Both the position numbers and the translations under genes were made by a program. A DNA stretch of 64,000 bases from NCBI GenBank assembly GCA_036229005.1, contig JAZAMN010000031.1, positions 96,001-160,000 of the forward strand. Direction: 5' to 3'. Under the pieces are notes generated by a model that saw only the letters and a program-made list of their open reading frames with translations, had not been told where the DNA came from and made no database searches. The stretch is from Myxococcota bacterium (GTDB lineage: Bacteria; Myxococcota_A; UBA796; CAJQPC01). Shown in pieces: positions 29,007 through 39,146 of the stretch; position 1 is the first letter of the stretch, and each line of letters opens with the position of its first letter.

Positions 29007-29525
29007 ATGCTGACTGTGCTGGCACATGTTGTAGCGATGGCCGTTGCCCTCGTGTACGCGACCGCCGTGGAGTGGAGCATCCACCGATACGTGTTCCACG
29101 GGGCTGGCAAGAAGCGGGGCTCCCCCTTCTCCTTCCACTACTTCGAGCACCACAAGGCCTGCCGCCGCAACGGCAACTCCGACCCCGACTACCTGGAGGG
29201 AGGCCTCCGCTGGAGCCCCAGGACCCGAGAGATCGGCGGCATCCTGGGTGGCCTGGTGCTTCACCTGCCCATCGCGCTCCTGTCCTGGCCCGCCTACCTG
29301 ATGCTGGTCTTCCACGGAGCGCGCTACATCTACATGCATCACCGAAGCCACGTCGACGTTGAATGGTGCAAGCAGAACATGCCCTGGCACTACGATCACC
29401 ACATGGCCCCCAACCAGGACGCGAACTGGTGCGTCACCGGGGAGTGGTTCGACAAGCTCATGGGAACCCGGGTCCCCTACCTGACCGCCGAAGGACTCGA
29501 TCCCAAGCGGGACATGGCGGCATGA
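29007..29525 (+). CDS. Fatty-acid hydroxylase / sterol desaturase family membrane protein
   Basis: SD GGAGG; His boxes EW-IHRYVFH, HYFEHH, HHRSH, HYDHH; NWCVT-DKLMGT. Confidence 0.75.
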   Translation: MLTVLAHVVAMAVALVYATAVEWSIHRYVFHGAGKKRGSPFSFHYFEHHKACRRNGNSDPDYLEGGLRWSPRTREIGGILGGLVLHLPIALLSWPAYLMLVFHGARYIYMHHRSHVDVEWCKQNMPWHYDHHMAPNQDANWCVTGEWFDKLMGTRVPYLTAEGLDPKRDMAA

Positions 29526-30433
29526 GCGATCCCCTGAACGCAAGCACAGCCCTCGTCTCCACCGCGCCGCTCCTCCCTGTACGCCAGGGGGGTGGCGATG
29601 CGTGGAGCAGCTACCTCAAGCGCATCCAGGCCGCGCCGCTGCTGACAGAGGAGGAGGAGCACGAGCTCGCCACCAAGTGGTACGAGAACCACGACCCCGC
29701 CGCCCGCGATGTGCTGCTGGGCTCGCACCTGCGCCTAGTGGTCTCTGTCGCCTCCAAGTACCAGCGCCAGTGGAGCCACCTGCCCGATCTGGTGCAGGAG
29801 GGCAGCATCGGCCTGCTGGAGGCGCTGCGGCGCTACGACCCCTACCGCGAGGTCCGCTTCTCCACCTACGCCCGCTACTGGATCCGGGCGATGATCCTGC
29901 GCTTTCTGCTGGACAACTGGTCGCTCGTGCGCGTCGGTGGGTCCCGCGCGGGCCGGCAGCTCTTCTTCCAGCTCCACAAGGAACGCCAGCACCTGGAGTC
30001 CCAGGGCGTGGACGCCTCCACCGCCCGCATCGCGGAGCGCACCGGCATCCCCCAGGAAGAGGTCGCGCGCATCGCCGGCCACCTGGACCGGCCGATCATG
30101 AACCTGGACGCCCCCGTGGGCGAAGAGGGGCGCAGCCTGGGCGAGACCGTCGCCGAGCCGCACCGCCCCAGCCCCGAGCACCAGGCCGCCCGCAGCGAGA
30201 TCGGCGAGCTCCTGCGCGTCCACCTGGAGCGCTTCGGCGCGGGCCTGGAGGGCCGCGAGCTGGAGATCTGGCAGCGCCGCCTGATGACCGACGACCCCGA
30301 GCCCCTCTCCCGCCTGGGGGACGACTTCGGGGTGTCCAAGCAGCGCGTCGGCCAGATGGAGAAGGGCATCAAGGAGCGGCTGCGCGGCAGCCTGGTCCGG
30401 GCCTTCGGCGATGACCTGGTGGTCGATCTCTGA
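29522..30433 (+). CDS. RpoH (sigma-32)-like sigma factor
   Basis: ATGA coupling; HLRLVV, DLVQEG-IGL, RFSTYA-WIRA, RpoH-box-like RQLFFQL, GVSKQRV-Q-E. Confidence 0.85.
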   Translation: MSDPLNASTALVSTAPLLPVRQGGGDAWSSYLKRIQAAPLLTEEEEHELATKWYENHDPAARDVLLGSHLRLVVSVASKYQRQWSHLPDLVQEGSIGLLEALRRYDPYREVRFSTYARYWIRAMILRFLLDNWSLVRVGGSRAGRQLFFQLHKERQHLESQGVDASTARIAERTGIPQEEVARIAGHLDRPIMNLDAPVGEEGRSLGETVAEPHRPSPEHQAARSEIGELLRVHLERFGAGLEGRELEIWQRRLMTDDPEPLSRLGDDFGVSKQRVGQMEKGIKERLRGSLVRAFGDDLVVDL

Positions 30434-30475
30434 GGACGGGCTCAAGCCGCATGGGTGGGGTCCGATTCCCCGGCC

Positions 30476-33400
30476 ATGCTCCTCCTCTTCGCCATCCCTG
30501 CGTACGCAGCCACCCTGACGGTCGGCAGCGGCGGTACCTACAGCACGATCTCCCAGGCCGTCGCGGCGGCCTCGGATGGTGACGTCATCGAGGTGTCCGC
30601 GGGCACGTTCGCCGAGTCCGTGGATCTGGCCGGCAAGGACGTGGACATCCAGGGCTCCGGCAGCACGACCATCATCACCCCCACCGGGGACTACGCCTTC
30701 CGCTGGGACGACGGCGAGTCCGGCTCCCTCTCCGAGCTGAGCATCGACGCCGGCAGCGCCCGCGCCTTCTACATCGAGGGCAGCTCCCCCAGCATCAGCG
30801 GCGTCGAGGTCGAGAACCTGGACGTCGGGTCCAAGCGCGGCGGCGTCGCCTACATCGACGGCGGCTCGCCCAGCTTCGAGGACATCGAGGCCACCGAGCC
30901 CAAGGCCCTGTGGGGCGCCGGCTTCTACATCATCGGGGGCGCCTCGGTGACCCTCACCAGCGTGGTCCTGGACGCCCCCGTCGCGGGCGGACAGGGTGGC
31001 GGCCTGTACATCGACGGCAGCACCGTCAGCATCGACGGCCTGGAGATCCTGGACCCCGAGGCCCTGCGCCGAGGAGCCGGGCTCTACATCACCGGCGCGA
31101 CCGTGGATGCCGTGGACCTGGAGCTCATCGGCGGCCGCAACGACAGCTACGGCGCCGGCCTCTACATCGAAGACTACGCCCAGGTCAGCCTCCAGGGCGG
31201 CGAGATCAGCGACTGCTTCGACAGCGTGACCCCTCGGGCGGACGGCGGCGGCATCTACGCCGACAGCGGAAGCCAGCTCACCCTGGATTCCGTGCTCTTC
31301 TCGGCGAACAAGGGCGCCAGCGGCGGGCACATCTTCCTGGACGCGGCCACCCTCACCCTGAGCGCCGTGGAGTTCGAGGACGGCGAGGCCACCAAGAGCG
31401 GCGGCGCGCTCTACCTGGAGGGCGCAGCCACGGCGAGCTGTACCGGGTGCACCTACAGCGGGAACGTCGCGGGTACAGACGGCGGGGCCATCCACCTGGC
31501 CAGCGGAACCGACTACAGCGACGAGGGCAGCGGCTTCGACGGCAACGAAGCCAGCGACGGCGGCGGCGCCATCTTCACCACCGACGGCATCAGCCTGGTG
31601 GACAGCCAGTTCATCAACCAGCTCTCCGGCGGCGCGGGCGGCGCGATCTACGTGGACGGCGGCTCGGGCACCCTGGAGCTCACCGGGGTGAGCCTCGACT
31701 CAAACACCGCTGGCACCGATGGCGGCGGCCTCTATCTCTCGGGAGGTGTGGATCTGAGCGTCAGCGACTCTGGGTTCACCTCCAACAGCGCGGGCGGAGA
31801 TGGCGCAGGCCTCTGTGTGGATCGCTCCGCCAGCGAGGTCACCGTCAGCGACACCAACTTCAAGAAGAACGCGGCCTCCGACCAGGGCGGCGGGCTCTAC
31901 ATCGCGGGCGCGGACACCGTCAGCCTCTGGGCCCTTGACCTGCGCAAGAACAGCGCGAAGGACGGCGGCGGCGCCTACATCGACGGCGTGACCGAGCTCA
32001 GCGTGGTCCGCAGCCTCTTCTTCGGCAACACCGCCACCGACGACGGCGGCGCCGCCGTCGACCTGGACAACCAGGACGCCCAGTGGACCAACACCGTGTT
32101 CGCCGAGAACGAGGCGGGACAGGGCGGCGGACTCCTGCTCAGCGGCGCGGTGGACGCTGTGCTCGCCAACAACAACTTCCTGGCCAACAAGGGCAAGGCC
32201 TCCGCCGGCGGACACCTGCGCCTGGAGAGCAGCACCGCCGAGGTGGTCAACAACATCTTCCTCCAGGCCTCCCGCGGCGGCGCCATCTACGAAGACGGCA
32301 GCGGCGGCAGCACCGTCTCCTACAACAGCTTCAAGGACAACGTCAGCGCCGACGACGCCAACACCTGGGGATTGGACACCAGCAGCGCCGGGAACATCGC
32401 TGGCACCGACCCCGGGCTGGTCGCGTGGACCGCGGACGGCAACTACAGCAACGACGACCTGCACCTGAGCACCACCTCGCCGCTGGTGGACACCGGGGAC
32501 CCCACCCGCTTCGACCCGGACGGCAGCCGCTCGGACATCGGGGTCTACGGCGGCACGGACGCCGAGGTCTACGACGACGACGGCGACGGCTACTTCGACA
32601 CCCAGGACTGCGACGACGCCGACGCGAGCATCAACCCGGGCGCCAGCGAGGTCCCCTACGACGGGATCGACCAGGACTGCGACGGGGCCGACCTGACCGA
32701 CGTGGACGGCGACGGCTTCGACGGGGACGACGACGACTGCGACGATGAGGACGCCGAGGTCAACCCGGACGCCACCGAGATCTGGTACGACGACACCGAC
32801 CAGGACTGCGACGGCTCCAGCGACTACGACGCCGACCTGGACCTCTTCGACGACCAGCGCTACGGCGGCACCGACTGTGACGACAGCGACCCGGCCGTCA
32901 ACCCCAGCGCCATCGAGATCTGGTACGACGGCGTGGACCAGGACTGCCTTGCGGACTCCGACTTCGACGCCGACAAGGACAGCTTCGAGTCGGACGCCTG
33001 GGGCGGGCTGGACTGCTTCGACCAGGACCCCAACATCTACCCCGGCGCGCCCGAGGTCCCCTACGACGGCCGCGACCAGGACTGCGACAACACCGACCTG
33101 ACGGACGTGGACCAGGACGGCTGGGACGCCCGCGAGGCCGGCGGCCTGGACTGCGACGACAGCGACCCCGGCATCAACCCCAGCGCGCCGGACGTGCCCT
33201 ACGACGGCATCGACCACGACTGCGATTCGGCCCCCGAGTACGACGCGGATCTGGACGGCTTCGAGGCGGACTTCGCTGGCGGCACCGACTGCGACGACGA
33301 CGACCCCAGCGTCAACCCTCTGGCCCCCGAGACCTGGTACGACGGCGTGGATCAGGACTGCGCGGGCGACGACGACTTCGACGCCGACAAGGACTCCTGG

Positions 33401-35650
33401 CAGTCCGACCAGCACGGCGGCCAGGACTGCGACGACAACGACCCCACCGCATTCCCCGGGAGCTGGGAGACCTGGTACGACGGGCGCGACCAGGACTGCG
33501 CGGGCGACGACGACTACGACCGGGACGGCGACGGCTTCCAGTCCGACGCCTGGGGCGGGACCGACTGCGACGACAACCGGGCCGAGGCCTACCCCGGCGC
33601 GACCGAGCTGCGGAACTACCTGGACGACGACTGCGACGGCTACACAGAAGACGCCGACCGCGACAAGGACCAGGCCATCGACTGGGCCGAGTGGCAGGTG
33701 GGCAGCGACCCCCTGGACCCGGACTCCGACGACGACGGCATGTCCGACGGGTGGGAGATCGGCCCCGCCTGGCTGGAGCCCTTCGACTCCGACATGGACG
33801 GCGTGCTGGACGTCTTCGACACCGACGACGACAACGACGGCATCCCCAGCCTGGAGGAGAACACCCAGGACATCAACGACGACGGGGTGCGGGACTTTGA
33901 CGTGGACGCAGATGGGATCCCCAACTCCCGGGATCGGGACTCCGACAACGACGGCTACCCGGATGCAGACGAGGGCACCGAGGACCGCGACTACGACGAC
34001 ATCCCCGACTTTGTGGACTACACCGGCGACCTGGCCGGCGGCGGCTGCGCCGGCGGGGGCGTGAACTGGATGGTCCTGCTGGGCGTCCCCCTGCTCTTCC
34101 GCAGGCGTAGGCAGCGCACAGAGCGCGGTCCCCTCCCCTGGACCGCCCTGGCCGCGCTGGCTGCTGTTGTCCTCGCTGGGGGGGCAGAGGCTCAAGCGGG
34201 TGTGGATGCCCACGGATACCAGGTGATGGGGACGACTGGTGACTTGCGGGCCTCCAGCCGCTTGCTGACCCCCTCCCGCTCCCTCCAGGGCGACTACGAC
34301 GTGGCGATCATCGCCGACAACGCCGTGCGCCCCCTGGTCGAGGTCTTCCCCGAGGGCCGCGCGCCCGTGCTCTCCAACCTGGCCACCTCCAACCTGGTCG
34401 TGAGCGGCGCGCCCATGCGCTACCTGCGCCTGGAGGCCGTCCTGCCCGTGCACATGTACGGCGTCGGGCCCGCCCAGGGTGCCTTCGTCGCGCTCGGAGA
34501 CGCCCGCCTGGGCGCTGTGATCCCCGTGCTCCCCGCCGCCGGCATCCGCCCTGGTGTGGCCCTGGGTCCCTCCGTGTGGCTGCCCACCGGCAACGAGGAC
34601 CGCATGGTCGGCAACCCCGGCATCTCCGCGGGCGGCGTGCTGGCCGTCAACCAGGAGCTGGGCCGCTTTGGCTGGAACGCCAACCTGGGCGCCCGGGTGG
34701 GTCGATTCGAGCCCGAGCGCAACCTCCAGGCCGGCGCGGGTCCCCTGGTGGGCGTGGGCGGACACGTCCTGCTCAACCCCGACGTAGCCGTGGGCGTGGA
34801 GCTCGTCAGCCAGGGCGCCACCGGCTTTCGGAACTGGCCCCTGGAGGCCATGGCGACCTCCCGCGTGAACCTGGACGGGGGCCTCTGGGCAACCGCCGGG
34901 CTGGCCGTGGGCCTCAATGACGCCCCCGGCGCCTCCACCGCGCGCGTGGTCCTGGGCGTGGGCTGGCAGCAGCGCCCGCAACCCGCCCAGACCGTGCTGG
35001 TCCACCGCATCGAGCCCGAGATCGACCCCAACGCCGACCGGGACGGCGACGGCATCGTGGACATCGAGGACCTCTGCCCCGACCAGGCCGAGACCTTCGA
35101 CGGCTTCGACGACGAGGACGGCTGCCCCGAGCTGGACGGCGACCAGGACGGCGTGCCCTTCGAGCGCGACGCCTGCCCCAGCGAGCCCATCTACCCCGAG
35201 CAGGACCCCCGCCACTCCGACGGCTGTCCCCACCTGGCCGAGCTCGCCGGCGACAAGATCGTCCTCACCCAGTCCATCTTCTTCCGGGAGGGCAGCGCCA
35301 AGATCATGCGCAAGTCCTACCCCGTGCTGGACGAGGTCGCGGAGATCATGCTCAGCGACGCGGCCGGTGACACCGTGCTCATCGAGGGTCACACCAACAA
35401 CAACGGCTCGGCCGAGTACAACTACCGCCTCTCGGAGGACCGGGCGCGGGCGGTCATGCGCTACCTCATCGACGCGGGCGTGCCTCGAGAGCAGCTCGCC
35501 GCGCAGGGCTACGGCTTCGACGTGCCCCTGGTGCCCCACGACGACCCCATGGCCCAGGCCATCAACCGCCGGGTGGAGTTCACGCTGGTCGAGCGCAGCG
35601 AGGAGGACGAGCCCCCCAGGCTCCCCACGGAGGAGGAGCTGCCGGAGTGA
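30476..35650 (+). CDS. Giant surface protein: beta-helix + Cys/Asp repeats + internal sorting signal + beta-barrel/TSP3/OmpA
   Basis: GG(A/G)(I/L)Y beta-helix repeats; about 8 DCDD-D-NP-A-E-YDG-DQDC repeats; GGC-TM-RRRR; second signal -AEAQA; DxDGDG-D-CP; IEGHT-N-LS-RA-NRRVEF. Confidence 0.8.
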   Translation: MLLLFAIPAYAATLTVGSGGTYSTISQAVAAASDGDVIEVSAGTFAESVDLAGKDVDIQGSGSTTIITPTGDYAFRWDDGESGSLSELSIDAGSARAFYIEGSSPSISGVEVENLDVGSKRGGVAYIDGGSPSFEDIEATEPKALWGAGFYIIGGASVTLTSVVLDAPVAGGQGGGLYIDGSTVSIDGLEILDPEALRRGAGLYITGATVDAVDLELIGGRNDSYGAGLYIEDYAQVSLQGGEISDCFDSVTPRADGGGIYADSGSQLTLDSVLFSANKGASGGHIFLDAATLTLSAVEFEDGEATKSGGALYLEGAATASCTGCTYSGNVAGTDGGAIHLASGTDYSDEGSGFDGNEASDGGGAIFTTDGISLVDSQFINQLSGGAGGAIYVDGGSGTLELTGVSLDSNTAGTDGGGLYLSGGVDLSVSDSGFTSNSAGGDGAGLCVDRSASEVTVSDTNFKKNAASDQGGGLYIAGADTVSLWALDLRKNSAKDGGGAYIDGVTELSVVRSLFFGNTATDDGGAAVDLDNQDAQWTNTVFAENEAGQGGGLLLSGAVDAVLANNNFLANKGKASAGGHLRLESSTAEVVNNIFLQASRGGAIYEDGSGGSTVSYNSFKDNVSADDANTWGLDTSSAGNIAGTDPGLVAWTADGNYSNDDLHLSTTSPLVDTGDPTRFDPDGSRSDIGVYGGTDAEVYDDDGDGYFDTQDCDDADASINPGASEVPYDGIDQDCDGADLTDVDGDGFDGDDDDCDDEDAEVNPDATEIWYDDTDQDCDGSSDYDADLDLFDDQRYGGTDCDDSDPAVNPSAIEIWYDGVDQDCLADSDFDADKDSFESDAWGGLDCFDQDPNIYPGAPEVPYDGRDQDCDNTDLTDVDQDGWDAREAGGLDCDDSDPGINPSAPDVPYDGIDHDCDSAPEYDADLDGFEADFAGGTDCDDDDPSVNPLAPETWYDGVDQDCAGDDDFDADKDSWQSDQHGGQDCDDNDPTAFPGSWETWYDGRDQDCAGDDDYDRDGDGFQSDAWGGTDCDDNRAEAYPGATELRNYLDDDCDGYTEDADRDKDQAIDWAEWQVGSDPLDPDSDDDGMSDGWEIGPAWLEPFDSDMDGVLDVFDTDDDNDGIPSLEENTQDINDDGVRDFDVDADGIPNSRDRDSDNDGYPDADEGTEDRDYDDIPDFVDYTGDLAGGGCAGGGVNWMVLLGVPLLFRRRRQRTERGPLPWTALAALAAVVLAGGAEAQAGVDAHGYQVMGTTGDLRASSRLLTPSRSLQGDYDVAIIADNAVRPLVEVFPEGRAPVLSNLATSNLVVSGAPMRYLRLEAVLPVHMYGVGPAQGAFVALGDARLGAVIPVLPAAGIRPGVALGPSVWLPTGNEDRMVGNPGISAGGVLAVNQELGRFGWNANLGARVGRFEPERNLQAGAGPLVGVGGHVLLNPDVAVGVELVSQGATGFRNWPLEAMATSRVNLDGGLWATAGLAVGLNDAPGASTARVVLGVGWQQRPQPAQTVLVHRIEPEIDPNADRDGDGIVDIEDLCPDQAETFDGFDDEDGCPELDGDQDGVPFERDACPSEPIYPEQDPRHSDGCPHLAELAGDKIVLTQSIFFREGSAKIMRKSYPVLDEVAEIMLSDAAGDTVLIEGHTNNNGSAEYNYRLSEDRARAVMRYLIDAGVPREQLAAQGYGFDVPLVPHDDPMAQAINRRVEFTLVERSEEDEPPRLPTEEELPE

Positions 35651-35712
35651 AGGCCCTGTGTGGGCCACCTCAGGACCCCGCAGGTCCCTCGCCAGCGTGC
35701 TAGACTGCGTGC

Positions 35713-36315
35713 ATGAGTCGAGGACAACAGACCCGCGAAGAGATCCTGAACGAGGCGCTGGACCAGGCCACCAAGAAGGGCCTGGAGGCGCTGTCCATCG
35801 GGACCCTGGCCAAGGCAGTCGGCATGTCGAAGTCCGGCCTCTTCGGCCACTTTGGCTCCAAGGAGAACCTCCAGACCTCCGTGCTCGAGGTCTGCAGCGT
35901 GCGCTTCATCGACGCCGTGGTGCGCCCCGCCATCAAGCTCCCCCGCGGGATCGCCCGCCTGCGCTCCATGCTGGACCTCTGGCTAGCCTGGGCCGGTCGG
36001 GATGACGGCGGCTGCCTGTTCGTGTCCACCGCGGCCGAGTTCGACGACCGCCCCGGCCCCGTCCAGGACGAGGTCGCCCGCCAGGTCCGCGACTGGCTCA
36101 CCACCTTGGAGCGCGCGACCGCCATCTCCATCGCCGCCGGGGACCTGCGAGAAGACACCGACCCCGAGCAGTTCGCCTTCGAGCTCCACGGCCTGATGCT
36201 CAGCTACCACCTGCGCGCCCGCCTGCTGGGCTCCGATGTGGCCGAGCAGCGCGCCCGCGTGGGCCTGGAGCGGCTGATCCGCGACTACAGCGTGAGCCCC
36301 GAGATCGCCGCCTGA
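35713..36315 (+). CDS. TetR family regulator
   Basis: LAKAVGMSKSGLFGHFGSKE; GGCLF-EFDDRPGPV. Confidence 0.88.
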   Translation: MSRGQQTREEILNEALDQATKKGLEALSIGTLAKAVGMSKSGLFGHFGSKENLQTSVLEVCSVRFIDAVVRPAIKLPRGIARLRSMLDLWLAWAGRDDGGCLFVSTAAEFDDRPGPVQDEVARQVRDWLTTLERATAISIAAGDLREDTDPEQFAFELHGLMLSYHLRARLLGSDVAEQRARVGLERLIRDYSVSPEIAA

Positions 36316-36319
36316 GCGC

Positions 36320-37000
36320 TCAGACCTTCTGCTTGCAGCTCGCGCAGATGGTGGCCAGCCGCAGCATGTCCTCGCCGCAGTGCGGGCAGTGCTTCCAGGG
36401 CTCGGAGGCGTACTCGGCCGCGGTCATGACGAAGGGCTCCTGCTCCACGAGCGCCTCCTCGCAGACCTCGCACATGTCGTCCTCTTCGTCCACCTCGGAA
36501 AGGCAGTAGGGGCAGAGGACGAGCTCGCTCTCCCGCTTGATGCCGGGCCCATCCTCTGACCCCTTGTCGGCCCCTGAACCTCTGCGCTCCCGCATGGTGT
36601 CGGCGAGGTCCAAGAGGGTGTTCCCCAGAAGGGACAGGCCCTTCTCCACCTGGGGCGTGGCCAGCACACCGCCCAGCCGGTCGGCCAGAGAACGCACCGC
36701 GCCCCCGCCCGGCATCTCGCGATCTTCCGCCATGCGGGCGGCGTCGTCCAGCACACGCTCGAAGGCCCGCCGGGCCCCCCCAGCGGCGCCACCCAGGCGC
36801 TCTCCGATGATCTCCCGGGCTTGCTCCTGGTCGATCGCGAAGGGCTCGATGCCGGCGCGGGCGACCTCGCGGGAGATGGGCCAGCGGCGCTCGGGGCCGG
36901 GCACCTGGATGACGAAGTAGACCCCGTCGTCCAGAGGGGCGTCCGCGGGCACCAGGTAGAACTGCTGCCGGGCGGGGTTCAGGTAGAGGGTGCCTTCCAT
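36320..37000 (-). CDS. Hypothetical protein with C-terminal double zinc ribbon
   Basis: CPYC, CEVC, CPHC, CASC. Confidence 0.6.
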   Translation of the reverse strand: MEGTLYLNPARQQFYLVPADAPLDDGVYFVIQVPGPERRWPISREVARAGIEPFAIDQEQAREIIGERLGGAAGGARRAFERVLDDAARMAEDREMPGGGAVRSLADRLGGVLATPQVEKGLSLLGNTLLDLADTMRERRGSGADKGSEDGPGIKRESELVLCPYCLSEVDEEDDMCEVCEEALVEQEPFVMTAAEYASEPWKHCPHCGEDMLRLATICASCKQKV

Positions 37001-37021
37001 GTCCCCCCAGCTAACCCGGCA

Positions 37022-38329
37022 TCAGAAGAGGTTGTAGATGTCGATGTAGACGGAGGGGCTGTAGTCCTCGAGGGGGGAGACGCCCACGTCGGCCCGGATG
37101 ATGAAGTTCTTGTTGAAGGCCAGCCGCAGGCCGCCGCCGGTGCCCCAGACGAAGGCCTCGTTCTGGCCGGTGCCCAGATCGGACCACTCGCTGGCCCAGT
37201 AGCCGGAGTCCAGGAAGACCACCGGGGTCACGTCGATCTGCGCGGGGCCCACCTGCGGGGACCACACGGTGGCGCGGATCTCGGTCTGGTTCATGAAGCG
37301 GGCCTTGCCGATGACCCGGCGCAGGCGCACACCACGGCCGGCCCGCTGGCCGCCGTAGAACTCGTAGATGGTGGCGCCGCCGGCCCGGGACATGCCCATG
37401 GTGGGCGCGTCTCCGATGATGCCGTCGGCGACGAAGCGGTCGGCCAGGATCACGCGCTCGGTGCCCAGGGGGGTGTAGCCGCGCAGGGTGGTGTTGAAGC
37501 CCCAGTAGTCCCAGTCGGACACGCCCGGGATCGAGGTCCGCAGGGAGCCCTCCACCCAGTAGCCGCGCTTGGGGCTGGGCTCGTTGTCGCGGTTGTCCAG
37601 CATCAGGCCGGCCTGCACCATCGTGTCCAGGCCCTGCTCGCCGCCCGGGAAGTCCATGCCGTAGAGCGAGTAGTCCCAGGGGGAGTCCTCCTGGAAGTCG
37701 CCGGGCAGGATGTATTGGGCGAACACCGTACCGAAAGCCTCCAGCCGCGGCGGCCCCTTCTTGAGCCCGTAGCGCGCGTTGAAGAAGAACAGCGGGGTCT
37801 TGAAGCGGGTCTTGTAGAAGCGCCGCTCGGCGTCCTCCAGCTCGGTGCCGCTCAGGTTGTACTGCTCCAGCAAGGTGTCCCGCTGTTCGATGGAGCAGTC
37901 GCCGGGCACCGAGGTGCCGCAGTAGTTGCCCGAGCGGGTCAGGGAGAACTCCGCGCGCGTGGTGATGCGCAGGGGCAACCCGCCGACCTCCAGCATGTCA
38001 AGCTGCACCCGGTGGGTGTGGACCTGCTTGGTGGTGACGTAGAACAGGAAGTAGATCTCGGCCTTGTACGGCGCGGTGATCCCGTCGTAGCGGTAGATGT
38101 TGCCCACCACGCCGCCGCCCAGGCCGTCGTCCGAGTTGTAGGCGACGGCGGGCAGCCCGCCGAAACCCCAGCCCTGCTTCTGCCAGGGTTCCGCGGCGGG
38201 GGCCGTGGCGGGATCGCCCGGCTCAGCGTCCTCCTGGGGGGCCTCCGCGGCGCTCTGGGCGGCTGCGGGGGCCTCGGCGTCCTGGGCGTGCGCGGACCCC
38301 AGGGTCAGCAGCAGAGCGATCGGCAGCAT
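37022..38329 (-). CDS. Omp85/BamA-TamA family barrel without evident POTRA domains
   Basis: Signal -AHAQ; P-YNSDDG-G-G; DNRD-P-G; RG-R; FLDSG; GGGLR; terminal F. Confidence 0.7.
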   Translation of the reverse strand: MLPIALLLTLGSAHAQDAEAPAAAQSAAEAPQEDAEPGDPATAPAAEPWQKQGWGFGGLPAVAYNSDDGLGGGVVGNIYRYDGITAPYKAEIYFLFYVTTKQVHTHRVQLDMLEVGGLPLRITTRAEFSLTRSGNYCGTSVPGDCSIEQRDTLLEQYNLSGTELEDAERRFYKTRFKTPLFFFNARYGLKKGPPRLEAFGTVFAQYILPGDFQEDSPWDYSLYGMDFPGGEQGLDTMVQAGLMLDNRDNEPSPKRGYWVEGSLRTSIPGVSDWDYWGFNTTLRGYTPLGTERVILADRFVADGIIGDAPTMGMSRAGGATIYEFYGGQRAGRGVRLRRVIGKARFMNQTEIRATVWSPQVGPAQIDVTPVVFLDSGYWASEWSDLGTGQNEAFVWGTGGGLRLAFNKNFIIRADVGVSPLEDYSPSVYIDIYNLF

Positions 38330-38405
38330 GGTCACCTCGACTGAGCCCGGATGCTACCTGAGGTGGCTGCCTGGCACTCCGGTCCAAGAGGTGGGCCGCG
38401 ATCGC

Positions 38406-39146
38406 TCAGCGGAAGCTGATCAGCTCCACATCAAAGACCAACGTGCCCTGGGGAGCGCCAGAGACGCCCTTGTAGGCCAGGGTGTCGGGGATCCAGAAGC
38501 GGGTCTTCTCGCCGGCGACCATGAGCTGCAGGCCCTCGGTCCAGCCGGGGATCACGCGGTTCAGGGGGAAGGAGATGGTCTCTCCGCGCATGATGGAGGA
38601 GTCGAAGAGCTGCCCGTCGGTGGTCCACCCGGAGTAGTGCACGGTCACGGTGCTCGTGGGGCCGGGGCGCGCGGCGCCGGTGCCGGCCTGGAGGACGCGG
38701 TAGGCCAGCCCGCTGTTGGTGCGGTTGGCGCTTGCGGGGGCGGCGGCGACGTCCTCGGGGACGGCGGGGGGCTTGGGGGCGGCCTGGACGGAGAAGAGCT
38801 CCACGTCGAACACCAGCATGCCGTAGGGGCGGCCGGGCTGACCGCGGTAGGCCAGCTCCATGGGGATCCACAGGCGGGCCTTCTGGCCGGGAGCCATGAG
38901 CTGCAGGCCCTCGGTCCAGCCGGGGATGACCTGGTTGAGGCCGAAGGTGATCTTCTCGCCGCGCATGACGGAGGAGTCGAACATCTTCCCGTCGGTGGTC
39001 CAGCCGGTGTAGTGCACGGTCACGCGGTCCTGGGGGCCGGGCTGCTCGCCCTGGGCTGCGCCCTCGAGGATCTTGAAGGCCAGGCCCGAGGCGGTGGTCT
39101 GGGCGTCTGCGGGGGGGGCGGCGACATCTGCGGGAGCGGGGATCAC
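38406..39146 (-). CDS. FKBP-type PPIase with two tandem FKBP domains
   Basis: GTG with SD AGGAG; twice VTVHY-GWTTDG-FDSS-RG-F-L-VIPGWTEGLQLM-IP-LAY-LVFDVEL. Confidence 0.92.
   Translation of the reverse strand: MIPAPADVAAPPADAQTTASGLAFKILEGAAQGEQPGPQDRVTVHYTGWTTDGKMFDSSVMRGEKITFGLNQVIPGWTEGLQLMAPGQKARLWIPMELAYRGQPGRPYGMLVFDVELFSVQAAPKPPAVPEDVAAAPASANRTNSGLAYRVLQAGTGAARPGPTSTVTVHYSGWTTDGQLFDSSIMRGETISFPLNRVIPGWTEGLQLMVAGEKTRFWIPDTLAYKGVSGAPQGTLVFDVELISFR

Noticed and set aside
32560..34020. Asp/Cys-rich nucleotide repeats as a mobile or DGR-type repeat
   Set aside because: In-frame protein repeats with synonymous variation; no reverse transcriptase or adenine-specific variation seen.
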